Below are positions 35,064 to 48,222 of a stretch of 64,000 bases of DNA, piece after piece. The notes under the pieces were generated by a model. The model was not told the DNA's origin and searched no databases. It saw nothing but the letters and a program-made list of their open reading frames with translations. This DNA comes from Lophium mytilinum (Eukaryota). Position numbers and translations under genes: made by a program. The stretch covers positions 2,098,882 through 2,162,881 of the forward strand of contig MU004187.1 in assembly GCA_010093605.1 (NCBI GenBank), given 5' to 3'. Each line of letters starts with the position of its first letter. The stretch's first letter is position 1.

Positions 35064-36424
35064 CAGGTCCCCATCCCTTCATCATGTTCCCACTTCACTC
35101 CACTCCCCACTCTTTGCCCTGCTGGCGGAAGACAAGACGACACCCATCTCTGAGCGAGCCAAGCTTATAACTTTGCGCGTCTTACGCAGGTTGATGCTCC
35201 ATCCCTGCGACTCTCGACGACTGCTAGCGCTGGGCACCTGTCCATAGCAATACATCACTCTCCTTCGCTTCGCACCCGGCCGGCGCGCGCGTGCAAGCAT
35301 CTCCGATTCGTTTGAAGTGGTGACGTCGCCGTGATTTGGATTCACATCCTCAATCTTCACAGTTTTGGTGACTCTGGGAGCCATGTCGAAGGCGTGGGAC
35401 AAACAGGGCCAGGACTCGTAGCAGTGAAGGCACTGTGCTCTCGGCTCGGCTGGGTCGAGAGATACGGTGTCGGATCGGTCCAGCAGGCCCGACCCTAGGA
35501 CTTCGGCTTTGCGCATGTGCGGAGGATAGTAGGGCAAAATCTGTGTCGCTGCGGCTCGATGCACACACGTCTAGGTTCTGTTGCTCGAGCTGATCACTCG
35601 TAGCTAGACCTGGCTGTGTTTGAGCGTCGCCGTCTTTTGGAAAGGGAAAGGGCATGCGCAACCGGTGGAGGAGTCACCAAACCTACATTCGCCTATCTTC
35701 TTCCTCAACGGGCTGTTTACAGCAAAATTTCCGGGGGACGTTTTGAAGACTTGCATGTTGGAAAATTATCTTTGAAGGGGTTCTATTAGCGATGGTTTTG
35801 TTTCTTTATATACCCCATATTTATCAACAATCTAGTTTTTGAGATCCTAGTCTTATCGTGATTTGAGAAGGCGAAAGCTTGAAACATATATGCAATGACT
35901 GTAAGGTTGTGTTCGGTGGTGATGTGAATGAAAGCTGATGTAGGGTGACTTGAACAGTTTATATAAAGGATCACGTGCTGACATATTGCGGGACTAGCGC
36001 CGATCGATCGATCCAACTACTTACAAGGCACGCGTTTCCGCGTCACTGCATTCCACCACCACCACCACCGTGCTCTCACAACACCGGCCCAACATCTACG
36101 CACGGCTTTATCGCTCTTCCTAGCTGTTCGCTCGTAATACCGTCCGCTGCAGCATTCATCTGTCGCTCGTTGGAAGACCTCGCAGCCTATCTCATTGTTC
36201 TTCACAATGAGAATCACGATCAACCGATCCCAAGAACACCGCGACCTTCACACCTTGCTGTAACAAAACGTCGAAGTTCGAAGGTTTAATAACGAAGAGA
36301 CTCTATATTTACTCGCCCTGTCAACATTTGCTGCTTCAAACTCACCCCGTACTCACCTTCTACAAGAATCCCACCACAACCACGAACCGAAATTTCGGAC
36401 CCAGCTCTGAGTTGCACAAACAAC

Positions 36425-37216
36425 ATGTCAGTGGGTACACCATTTGGCGCTCCGCGCCCGTCAGGCGAGTGCAACCAGCCAGAGATTCTAGCAGTCCGCT
36501 TCTCATTCGGACAACGACCTGAGGCTCCTTCGAACGGTGTTCCGCCAGCCTCGTGGGGCAACCCGGACAACGAACCCTCTACCTACAATGCTCGACTCAA
36601 TACTACGGACCTTCAACGCGAGTCTTTTCGGCAACGACGATTCAAAGGCTGCAATCTCACCCTTTATCACCGACTGGAGTGCGGTCATCGAGTCCGGACG
36701 AACTTGGTTGAAGACTGCAAGTCGAACTGCTTGGAAGCGGTGCCGGGCCAGCCATTCTACTGCCAAGATTGCGTCAATGTCCAGAACGACAAAGTATGGA
36801 AGGAGACTCAAGCGCAACATGACGCCGCATATCCGCCCATTAGCGGCATGTCCCAAGAGCAGTACAACCAATGGTACGATGAAGACCGCCAGCTGCGAAC
36901 CCTCCACACAGCGAACCTCGCCAACTACGTCGCGCAGCTCAGGACACAGTGCATAGAAACAGAGAGTTGTGGTGGCCCAGACCTGACACCCGAGGACCTA
37001 GAACTAGCTGCTGGATTAGACACACTGGGTCTGTCGGCGCAGTCATCCCACCAGGAGCTTTCCAATCTCGCCCATCAACAGCGAAACCTCCCCGGGGACA
37101 CTGCGGAACAGTTACATTGGGCGTTTGGACAGCTTTCCTGCGGCCAGCAGACCTCACACCCTGATCAAGCGCTGAGATGGGTACAGACGATGCCTGAAGA
37201 CGACGAGGAGCTATGA
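36425..37216 (+). CDS. Hypothetical protein with Cys/His-rich putative metal-binding segment (263 aa)
   Basis: caacATG start; C-x5-H-x3-C-x-H..C-x3-C..C-x2-C cluster followed by a helical region. Confidence 0.65.
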   Translation: MSVGTPFGAPRPSGECNQPEILAVRFSFGQRPEAPSNGVPPASWGNPDNEPSTYNARLNTTDLQRESFRQRRFKGCNLTLYHRLECGHRVRTNLVEDCKSNCLEAVPGQPFYCQDCVNVQNDKVWKETQAQHDAAYPPISGMSQEQYNQWYDEDRQLRTLHTANLANYVAQLRTQCIETESCGGPDLTPEDLELAAGLDTLGLSAQSSHQELSNLAHQQRNLPGDTAEQLHWAFGQLSCGQQTSHPDQALRWVQTMPEDDEEL

Positions 37217-37514
37217 AATGCTTGCTTCTATTGATACCCCACAATCAAATTCCAATATTCTATATTCCTCTCTTTCCCATGTGATCCACATTTGAGCCCA
37301 CGCTAGGCATGGAAAAAGTATCGTAACCCCCTAGAATGAAAGAGCGAGAATATACGTTTTGGAACAGTTGTCAAAAGGATGGGGTAAGCGTGATGCCGAA
37401 TCTGTAGGTCTGGTCTGAAGGGTCAGGAACGTGACCGCGCGTTGCTGAGATTTCGCACCCGCGTGAGGCGTCTGCAGGCGTATCATACCCCGCAGTAAGG
37501 AAGGACGAGAATAT

Positions 37515-37612
37515 ACGACGTAGAGGGGTTGGAAAAAGAATGGGTCATTACGTGCAGAGGATACTTACACTTTTGTTGCAAGTCTAGGCATTGTTCACAT
37601 ATTCAACCACGT
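37515..37612 (-). repeat. Dispersed inverted copy of the 75-bp unit from the 16704-16969 array
   Basis: cattacgtgcagaggatacttacacttttgttgcaagtctaggcattgttcacatattcaaccacgt is the near reverse complement of the array unit; acgacgtagagggg (37515-37528) matches the unit start. Confidence 0.85.
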
Positions 37613-38085
37613 GTGGCTTACTATCCATATATTCGTAAGACTGCAATTTGGAGATGAAGCTGTATTAGACTAACGTATGTACAACGACTCGTCAACGGAA
37701 CCAATCAAAGTCACGCACACCCTTCCCCAAACCGCCGTCTGGCGAAGTTGCTTTCCCGCCCAGACTTTCCTCTAGGGAACCGAAGGAATTCAGACAGTGG
37801 GTCTTTACGAGAGAAACGTCATGATCTCATTATATCCTAATCCGTACCATCTAAAACGTTTACCGCCCATATGCAAGAGTTTACAGTACAAGTGCAAGAG
37901 AAAACGGGAGTTTGTATGCTGTTACCAGAAATTTCCTATCCAAAAAATCTCATGATAACACCGATTCCAATGCTAGAGCTAAAGCGCAAGACTCGCGTGA
38001 AAGAACAGGAAAGATGACAGATCAATAGCAGCTACAATAGCCGAAAGAGATGGTTCGATATTTACGGCAACGTTGTTGTAGTTGG

Positions 38086-38936
38086 TCAGTGGGGACTAAC
38101 GATGGATGTTCTACGCATTCCCGCCTTCCCCGAATCTGGCGTGGCCGCCTGCAACTCCACCTTGGGTAGGTTTGGCGAGTCCGCCTCGTCCTTCGGCGTT
38201 GGCACCTGTGTCACTGGCTCCGTGAGGACCTCTTCGTGTGCGTCCATCGGGGAAAACGCCTCCAGCGGGCCAATCGGCTCGTCGAGATGCGACCTGTTAA
38301 GCGCGAGCTCGAGGTCCTCAGGCGAGAAAGCCGCCTCGCCCGCCTTCGTACTGGCACTCCCGCGGCCAGTCCGCGGGCGGGATTGCGAGCGACGGCCACC
38401 GACGCTGGAATGGCGGGGCCGCAGGGATGATTCGTGCGTGTGTGTGCGGGAGAGGCCGACTACAATTGAAAACACCACACGTTAGCCAACGAACACTTTT
38501 TATGCAGCCATGAAACGTGACTTTTTGAGGCATTTTTTCTTTGCTACACACCATTCGTCACGTCCCCCTCCTCCTCGCTGCCCTCCCGTACGCCGCCTTC
38601 CTCCCCTTTCGCCATGCTGATTCGCGGCGCTTGCATGCTCAGCCGGCTGGTTTGGAAGCTTTTCCGCGTCGCGGTGCTGTTCCGCCGACTTGGCATCCGC
38701 GACCCCATCGGCGAGTACTGGCTGGACCCGCTCTTCCGCCGCCACGCGCGCGCGAAGCTGAAGGCTTCCAGCTTCTCTTTGTGCTCGGGGGCGACGGGCC
38801 GCCGGTACTTCATGGGCGGCATCTTCTCGCCGGGCTGGTAGACATTGGGGTCGGGCTTGGATTTGGAGAGGTGAGGGTTGTCGGAGGAGGTGCTGGAGCG
38901 CGTGAGGGCACGCTTGATGCGTTGGCGTATAGGCAT
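38086..38936 (-). CDS. Conserved fungal hypothetical protein, 2 exons
   Basis: NVYQPGEKMPPMKYRRPVAPEHKEKLEAFSF..YSPMGSRMPSRRNS; intron at about 38460-38550 joins to VGLSRTHTHES. Confidence 0.75.
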
Positions 38937-40380
38937 GGTGGGAGGTTGGAATGGGCGTGATTTTTTCTTCCAGCGGGTTTAGGGGGGTGGTGTAGTCGGG
39001 ATTCGGGGGTGAGATGTGGAGTGGAGCGGCGGTAGGTACGGAGCGGACAGGGCGGAGATAAGGTGCAGAGGTGAGGGAGCAATGCCACAGCGCTGTAGCG
39101 GGCGTCGCAGAGGGAGAGGTTAAAGGGAGGTCATCTGGGGTCCATCCGGAGTAATAAGGCCAAGGTGGAGTGAGGGAAGTGAGGCGGGTGGGATTTCCGG
39201 ACGTCGACGATGGACGTTGAGCTGCGACTCGATCTGGCTTGCCGCGACCGGCAGGCATGGCTGGGATGGCTGTTTGGCGTTAGCCGGTGCATCAACGGGA
39301 TCTGTTGCGTGTTGCGCTTGAGGCGGGATGGCCTGGCCAATTGCGCGGCGCGGGTTGGCTGCTTTTGAGGCTTTTTTCGACACTGAGGGCGGAGGAGCGG
39401 GTGCGTGAAGGGCAGGTCGGGGATGGGCAAGTGGTGAGCGCTGCCGTCCTCCGGGTCTGGCCATACGGAGCGCTCTAGGACGACAAGCATTGCGTGGCAC
39501 TCTGGGCGGTTGAGGCTCTTCCAGGACCTCGTCCTGCGCCTTGTGGGATTTCGACACGGCGTTATAGAGTAGCTGGTATGTATACACGATGCTTATATTG
39601 ACCGCACTACCTACCTCTAGGCAGGTATCTACTTTCTGGATTGGCCCGCTAAGTATCCCGAGAGCCCGCTGTACGTGTACGACGATGTCACGAGCGGCTT
39701 CAAGTAGAGGGAGCGTATCGAAACACCAAAACAGTGACAAATAGGTTGGTATTCCCTAGCTCGCAATCACCCCACTCAACACCACGCCCGGAGACATCCC
39801 ACTCGCGATGCATGCTTCCAGAACTCAACCGGACCCTGAGACGGTTCCAGTGTGGCGGTGCGTCACGCGCCACTTCTCTGCTCTTTTGAATTGTGGGGTA
39901 ACCTGATCGGCGCATCAACTGCGTCATGGAGTACAAGAGGGACGACGTGCCGGTTTGTGTGAATTCCATCACCACTCACCGCCGCTCCATGACCCCGCTA
40001 CTGCACCACGCGGCAGCAGATGCTGCAAGTATTGGAAGGCCAGTCTAGGCTCGACCAGATATCGACCGTGAACGCAGCAAGTAGCCACTGACGGGACAGA
40101 ATTGACATCGAAGCTTGCCGCAACTAGCTAATCCCAACGCCATGGAGCGTGCTCGAGTGCCCCTCTTCCCAGATGTGAAGTCCCGTGGCTGCTGGTGATG
40201 CCTTTCTGGCAATGGCGCTACCCATGCATGAGGTCATTGCTATAAGAGACAGCCTACTTTCACCACCTGCGCCCAGACTACTAATACCCACCTCCCACCT
40301 AGTTCTGTGGCTCAGTACACTCTTCCCGTTCTCCTTGTCCTTGTCTCACTCTCCAATTCGAGCCCGAGAACCTTGTCACC

Positions 40381-43300
40381 ATGGACAAGCTCAAGAAGAT
40401 CCTGTAAGGCGGCAGCTCCCAGTCCCTGCCTCCCTGCTAATCCCCCACAGCTCCCCCAGCCAAAAACATGACGATCAAGTCTCTGGTCAAGGAGAGCCTG
40501 CCACTGCGGGCGCACATCACCCGCCCGGCGTCACTGGTGCATTGACCGGAGAGGGAAGCCATCTGGGAGCTGCAAAGGGTTCAGAAATCGAGCAGTAAGA
40601 CAGCCTCACATCTTGATCTTAGACTTCTTTTAATCACAAACTAACCACAGTCAAAGCCCCATCTACGATCAGTTCACCCATAACACGACTGGCCCAAACA
40701 CGACTACTTCGACCACGACTGGCACGACTACTTCGACCTCCTCACACCCGACTTCTACTGGCGGCAGTCTGCAGCCCGAAAGTCTGTCAAGGCCCGGAGC
40801 TGCCGACCAGGCGAGCACTATTGGCGTCAAGGACGGCATAATGGGACACCCTACTCAGGAGTCGACTATTCTTCCTGATCGCACTGCAAAGAGGTAGAAA
40901 AGCCTCGAGATATATATCAAGATCTCAACATGCTGACTTCGACAGTGGTAACGATAGCTGGCTCTCGAACACTTCGGGGCGTCAGACCTCCAACGACGGC
41001 CTCACTGGTGACCGTGCCTTCCCATTGGCAGGAGGTGTATCCTCCACCGGCCAGTCCTCTTCCACTCAGCCTAGCCACGGATACCTTTCCAACACCGAAG
41101 CCCGCAGGGGCGAGCAGAAGCCTGACTTGGCAACAGCCGCTGCGCAGACTGCTTACAACGAGCATGACCACGAACATGCCGGCCATGGCCATACTTTCAA
41201 AGGAGACCCATGCTCGGCGGATGAGCACCATGCTACTGTCATCCCCGGTCCACACGGAACAGACACCGCGAACAGACTCGATCCTCATGTTCCAGGTGCC
41301 TTTCCCGACGCCACGCCGGCTGATGAGCGTGAAGAGCCGGGATTCACGTCCGGCTCGCAACAGCGTGGTGCTGGTCTGGAATCCGCGGGAGTAGGACATG
41401 GCCGAGGAATCCACGAATCCGACCGCGAGCCAGGTACGGCGCTCTCTTCGGATACGCGCCAAGCGCCTACTTCGTCTGAACATCATTATGGACGTGACGC
41501 AGCACTCGTTGGAGGGGGGGCAGCGGGTGCAGGTGGACTCTATGAGGCTACTAAGCACCACAATGACCGGGCCACGCCATCGTCCCAGGACCAGTCCTTC
41601 TCCCAGGGCCAACAGCCAATTTCTGAAGCCCCACAACCTCATGCTCTGGCGCAGGAGTCAATTCCTCAAAGCCAGGATCCTTCCTCCCAGCATCACTATG
41701 GCCGTGATGCAGGACTTGTAGGAGGTGGAGCTGCTGCAACCGGTGGTCTCTACGAAGCTAACAAGCACCACAACGAATCTGCAGTGCCTACTTCTCAGAG
41801 TCAGCCTCTTTCCCAGAGCCAGCAGTACCAAGAGCCCCTTTCTCGTAGCCAGGACCCTCTCTCCCAGCGAGAAGAGCCATCCTCGCAACATCACTATGGC
41901 CGCGATGCCGCGCTTGTAGGAGGAGGAGCTGCCGGCGCTGGAGGCCTTTACGAAGCCAATAAGCACCATAACGAAAGTGCCCCATTTGGCTCTCAAAACG
42001 AGCCTCTCTCGCAGACCCAACAGTCCCAAGAGCCCCTTTCTCGAAGCCAGGAGCCTCTATCCCAGCGAGAAGATCCATCCTCGCAACATCACTACGGCCG
42101 CGATGCCGCGCTTGGAGGAGGAGCAGCTGCCGGCGCTGGAGGGCTTTACGAAGCCAACAAGCATCATCACGACAATGCCGCACCCACCTCTCAGAACCAG
42201 CCTCTCTCACAGAGCCAACAGCCGCTTTCCCAGGCCCATGAGCCTCTGTCCCAGCAAGAAGAGCCTACTTCCCAGCACCACTATGGCAGGGATGCTGCGC
42301 TTGTAGGAGGAGGAGCTGCTGGTGCTGGCGGTCTCTACGAAGCAAACAAGCATCGTGACGAGACTGTCGCTCCAGGATATCAAGACAACAAGAGCCTTGA
42401 GAAGGAGACGAAGAAAGTGGAGAAGCAGCATGAGAAAGAGCAGAAGAAGCTTGACAGGGAGTACAAGAAGGACGAAAAGAAGTATGAGAAGGAGCAGAGC
42501 AAGGATGAGAAGAAGTATGAGAAGGAGCAAGACAAGAAGAGTGGAGGCGGACTGCTCGGATTTCTTCATCGTGACAAGAAGGATAAGACATCTGACGAGC
42601 TTGCCCAGGAGGAGAAAGACTCTAAAGACCACCACTATGGTCGAGATGCTGCTGTAGTGGGAGGTGCCGGAGCTCTAGGAGCTGGAGCCTACGAAGCCAA
42701 TCGCGAGCGTCAGGATACGGGCCCAGCCTCGAAGACGATCGGACCCCATGACAGCAACGCTGCTAACATTCTTGACCCGAGGGTGCAACCCGAGCCTGAG
42801 AAGATGAAAGATCGTACCACTGCCGGACCTCACGACTCCAACATCGCGAACAAGCTAGATCCCCGCGTCAAGTCCGATCCTGCTAAAGCAGAGGAGAACA
42901 CCGCAGGCCAGCATCACTATGGCCGCGATGCCGCGGTCGCTGGTGGCGCCGGAGCTGCAGGCGTCGGAGCCTATGAGGCGGGAAAGCATCATGGCGATGA
43001 CCAACGTTATGACCCCTCAGCCACATCTGGTACCGGTGCCCAGAACACAGGTAGTCCAGAGCAACACCAGCTCCGCCATACTGGCCAGCTTGGTGCCGGT
43101 CAGGGCGGTGACGAGGCTCTGAAACAGCACACCGGTCCCCAGGACACTACCCAGTCATCCGACCATCACTACGGTCGCGATGCCGCTTTGGCTGGCGGTG
43201 CTGGAGCTGTTGGTGCCGGAGAATATGAAGCCAACAAGCATTCAGGTGGCCAAACCCAGATCCGACGCGACGACCCGAGCGCTTTCGGTGGGGCCGCCTT

Positions 43301-44890
43301 CTCTTCTCCTACCTCTACCACTTCTCCCACCTCTCCCACGGGTGCTGGTGATTCACTCCGATCCTCAGCTGCTCAGCGCGCCATTGAGCAGCACCGTGAA
43401 GCTGCCGCAGGCGCCCACCAGCCCTACGAATCTGCCATCCGCGAAGGAGGCATTGGAGGCTCCCCTCGCTCCTCTGAGCACCACGGCCGTGACGCAGCTC
43501 TAGGCGCCGGCGCTATTGGTGCTGGAGGTCTTGGTGCCCACGAATACGATCAACATCGCAACACGCAGCCCTCTTCTTCCGTCGGCGAGCAGCGTTACGA
43601 CCCGTCGTCCACTCGAGCCCAGGACTCTACCCAGCAGCACCATTACGGCCGGGATGCCGCACTCGTCGGCGGCGCTGGAGCAACGGGTCTCGGCGCCGAT
43701 GAGGCCTACAAACACTATGGCGACCAAGTCGTGGGTGGACCCGAGGCCGGAAATACTACCCAGTCAACTCAACAGCAGCCGCACGACTCCCACTTGGGCC
43801 GTGACGCTGCTCTAGGGGGAGGTGCCCTTGGTGCTGGTGCGGTCGGTGCTCACGAGCTCTCCAAACACGATGAGGAGAAGAAACACGGCCTATTTTCCCA
43901 CAAGGACAAGACCGCTGCCGAGCCTTCTCAGTCTACCCAGCAGGCCGGATACGGGGACAGGCACTCCCACACTCACGATACCACTGAGCCCCGCTCACAC
44001 AAAGGCGAGTACGCTGCTGCGGGCGCTGGTGTTGGTGCTGCAGGCGTTGGCGCGCACGAGCTCTCGAAGCACGACAACACCACGCAGGAGAAGGGTGGGT
44101 TGTTCCATCACAAAGACCAGGACACAACCGCCACACCCACCCACCACGAATATGCCACCACAGGCGTCGTAGGCGGCATGGGCTCCGCCGGCTTGGCTGA
44201 GAAGCACAACCACGGCCAGCAAGGTACCGCCGACCTTAGCGACCCGAAAGCGTATGACCAGAAACTGCTCGATCGGGATGCTAAGCACCGCGAGGAGGCG
44301 TTGGCTGCGAAGCGCGAGATGGAGGAGAAGGAGGCGGAGAAGCAGCGGAAGAAGGAGTCCAAGGGCGGGCTATTCGGCTTCTTGCATCGCGACAAGGACA
44401 AGCACGCTGGCGAGACTACCGATGAGAGCAGGAGATCGGGCGAGTACGGCGCGGCCGGCGCTGGTGTGGGTGCAGCGGGGATTGGAGCTGGCGCCTACGA
44501 AGCTGATAAGAGCGGACGCAACAAGCTCCACAAAGACCCGCCGGCTAACCATCCTGCGGCGCAGGCTGGGGAGGGCTACGGAGCCACCGGGCAGTCGACT
44601 GGCTTGGGTTCTGATTCGTAAGTTACTATACCCATCTACAACCCCCCTAAAAGTTGAAGCGAGCTGACGAATGTTGTGTTAGATCTGAAATGCACCCTGG
44701 ATACGGCAACTCCGCCAACCAAGGCGTCGTGACGGAGCCGCACACCGGCCTTCCCATGAACGTGGGCAAGTACGGCGACGGCGCGGGCGGCACGGATGGG
44801 AACACAAACATCGCTGGTGCGACTGCGCATCAGGGTGGCGAGAGGGGTGCGGACTGGGAGGGTATCAAGAAGGCGAATACGCCTTATTAG
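40381..44890 (+). CDS. Large Gly/His-rich hydrophilic repeat protein with fungal dehydrin-like DPR motifs (~1400 aa), 5 exons
   Basis: Introns at about 40404-40450, 40595-40650, 40893-40945 and 44618-44682; GPHDSNAANILDPRV, GPHDSNIANKLDPRV and GPHGTDTANRLDPHV motifs; 11 (H)HYGRDA-type repeats. Confidence 0.85.
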
Positions 44891-45088
44891 ATGCGTTTGA
44901 GGGGTGCTGAGTTATCGGGGAAACGGGGCCTAGGTAGTGAACTTTCTTCTTCTCTTGTGAGTATGGAGTATGGATGGCGACCTGTTTTCGTGTATTATAT
45001 ATGATGAATGAGGGATGATGGGATGGAAAAGTATACGAGATAATGGGATTCTTTTATACACTAAACTTCCACGTTGTTTCATAAGCTG

Positions 45089-45211
45089 CACCTGTCTGCC
45101 ACTGCCTGAAGCGCCTCATCACGTTTTCCACATAGCCAAAAGCTAAGAGTTCCTGTCCCTTTCCTCTTGTTGCAAATACGTTGAGGCACCCCAAGCAGCG
45201 GCAGACAGGTG
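45089..45211. mobile_element. MITE-like inverted-repeat element, copy B (~30-bp imperfect TIRs)
   Basis: cacctgtctgccactgcctgaagcgcctca (45089-45118) pairs with tgaggcaccccaagcagcggcagacaggtg (45182-45211). Confidence 0.6.
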
Positions 45212-46085
45212 TGCGCAAGGGAGCACGGTTTGCAGAGTGTGCCCGCCTCTTTCGTGTTCAACGTGGTCCCATGCTCCTTATCGTGTGCCTGTCACATGCT
45301 TCTATGGCTTGGCGCTAGATTTCTCCTACAAAAGACTGGCCGCCGCCGGTCATGACCGTCTTTCTTTCTTCAGGGCAGTTGGGGATCGAGTGGTTTCAAT
45401 TAGGAGATGCGAGCACTGCGATGGAGTGGGGGGGAGCGGAGGGGATCAAAATTACCTTTTTCTTAAGCCTCCATGGAGACTGTGACTCGGCCCGGGGTTG
45501 GTGGAGGCTGATACGGTGAAGCAATGATGATAGAGAGTGAAATCAGGTGCTAAAGAAGAAGTGTAGCAAGCTGCGTAGATGGTGGAGATTGGTATCACGG
45601 ATCTATGTGGTCTGCACCCGTTAGCAAGTACTGACGATGGGAAACTGCGGCAAGGATAGCTTAGCAGTCTTAGGGTCCTTCAAACGCCGACATCGACGTG
45701 GCAAACGGTTCCAATCATCATGCGATTTGAGATTTGCTTTCAGCTCTGCAAAAAGGGAACCCAATCTACAGTCCTAGGTCAGTGGCATTCATATTCTCGT
45801 TCACCATGGTATAAGGCGCTTCAACATGTTTTCCAAGGGTCCAAAGCTCTTTTTAGCCTTTAGTCTGGATGGCAGAACTGTATGCCATGGTATCCTGACC
45901 ACCAATTTGCCCTCGCATTCTAAACGTTTTGCAACTGCTTTACCACTGCATGTGGTTGCTCGGGTCTAGCATCTCGCTCAACTGTAGCTCAGGTCCCTCG
46001 TGCCGCGGGTATCACCTCCCCACAATCCTCGTAAATTTTTCGCCCTCAAGGCTGTCGCAAAAGCACATATCCTATTGCACATCTC

Positions 46086-46660
46086 TCAATCGTCGTCGTC
46101 GGCGTTCAGGAACGGGTTCGCGATCTCTTCTTTGCCATCGATCGGGGAAATGAGGACTAGGAGCGTGCCGCGGGCGACTAGTAGACCTAGATCTCTCGAG
46201 CCCTCATTGCCCTCATCATCTAAGAAACCATCAGCTTCGTCCACGACCTAAGAGGACACAGAAAAGCCCCGTCCAACCCACCTCTCGTAATCTCCTTTGC
46301 CTCATCCAACACCAGATTCATAAGCTGATCATGCCCCTTCAGGATCCCAGTAACTGCGACCCATTAGCACCACCGAAAAACCGCACTGCCATCCCAATCC
46401 CCCCCCCTCACTCCTCCAACACTCGAAATCGCAGAACGCGCATGAGAAAACCATTCAATCTTACCTTCCCGCCCCCCCGAGAACTTCACCGTGATCGGCT
46501 TGTCCATGTACTTGTTGAGATCGAGGATGTTCTCCTTCTTGGGCCGTTCCGTCGTTGCGGCAGCTCCTCCGCCCCGAGCTCCACCCCTGCCGCCGCGGTG
46601 GTGCTCCCCGCCGCCGCGACCACCGCCGCGCCCGCCTCGGAATGCGCCGCGGTCTGACAT
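46086..46660 (-). CDS. LSM7: Sm-like protein LSm7, 3 exons
   Basis: RGG-rich N-terminus, ERPKKENILDLNKYMDK..VKFSGGRE / VTGILKGHDQLMNLVLDE / LGLLVARGTLLVLISPIDGKEEIANPF. Confidence 0.96.
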
Positions 46661-48222
46661 TGGGTTTGGAGAGGAGAGGTGGGAGCTATGGGGGTTTGTC
46701 GTGAGGTTGAGTGGATGTTGGGTGCTGGGTAGGCGTTTTCGTGTTGATGTTTGTGGGACGCGGTTGAAGTCGAGGTGCAGAGCGGGATGGTGGGGCTGAA
46801 GATTTGAGGCACGTGACCGGTGGCGCTTGGCGGAAATGGGAGAGGTCTGCGGGTTTGCACAGCGGCGAAGCATTCAGCAACTTGAACACTTTCAACTGCA
46901 CTGAGAAACTTGTGAGAGCGCTGTTTGGACAAGTCAAGTTAGATTGGACCAATAGGATCCTATTTCAGCATTCCAAAAGCTGAGTGAATTTCTACGCCCA
47001 GAAGAGTTGGGGAAAACTTGCGCCGCACATAGCATCAGATGTTTTCAACCTCCCCAATCATCTCTCAAGTTGAAGCTGTGCTCTTCGCGATGTTCCCCTC
47101 CTCAAACAATCGAGTCTAGAAGGACCTTGTGCATACTAGAGTTGTCGTCAGTCCCCCTCCCGACTGGTCGGAGCACATCTCCGTAGGCCGGAGCGGAAGT
47201 GGAGCATTTGGGGAGTCGTTCCGCCTTCATGTGAGAGTGCTGCACGACGGGGGTTTGGCATCACAGCCCGGCACGGTTGGCGTCCTGCGCCGTGCGGCGA
47301 GTTGGTGTGAGGGATTTCCGCAATGCTGGCCGGCGGACCCCGCGGGAGACAGGGTTCGATTGGCCGGAGAGAAGGCCTCCGCTGGCTAGTACAGCGGGTA
47401 CGGTGGACTGGAGAGGAGGTGGGCGAGTTGGTATCGGAGCGTGGGAGGCTTCGAGAACACTTCCAAGAATTACAACGATAAGATGTACCCTCACACAAAT
47501 TTGATGCTAGAGCTGTAGAGATAGACTAGGGCTTCCTAATGAGCATGCAACATATATCGCGCGGTAGTGTATGCTGATGTTGTATGAGTAGAACACACCG
47601 TGGAGTGTTGCGGCGAACCAGAAGCAATCTTCTACAACTAGACTGTACTAGATTCTTGGGTGAAAATCACGATTCCTGTTAAATCTATGAGCTCTTATCA
47701 AGCCTATGGCGTTTGCTAAGACAGTACTTTGAGAGATAATAATTTTCAGTTCTGCAGCTGTTAGTCTATTTGTGCTCCGCGCTTCGATGGACGGATATAT
47801 CCTCTCCCACGTACAGTCGACCGTACTGCTCCGCTGGCCAGCAGCGGTTCTTTGTCGCAAACTTCCGGCCTCCTCTCCTCCCCCTAGTTTGCAGTCTGGA
47901 ACTCCTCCCTCCACCACTCTCCGTGGACAATTGCCGTTAATCCGCCCAAAATCACGCCCGGCTCGCTGTGCTACTGGCCAGACCATTCTGCCGCCGCTGC
48001 ACGCCTGCCGAGGTGCATCGCATGGTGTGGGAGGATTGAGCGAACTGCTCTTTCGGGCGACGCGTCCTGCGTCCCGCTCAATTCCCGCGAGCCGTCTCCA
48101 CCCTTCTAGATTCCTGACCCTGCCGCACACCACCACCACCCAGAAACCACTCCGGACGGCGTCGTCCCCCCTCCCTTCGCCCTTCCGTGTGTTCTCTAAC
48201 CTCCGCTGCCCTCATCCTCGCC

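Noticed and set aside
47340..47375. GGTTCGA T-loop-like motif suggesting a tRNA
   Set aside because: No cloverleaf stems or A-box around it
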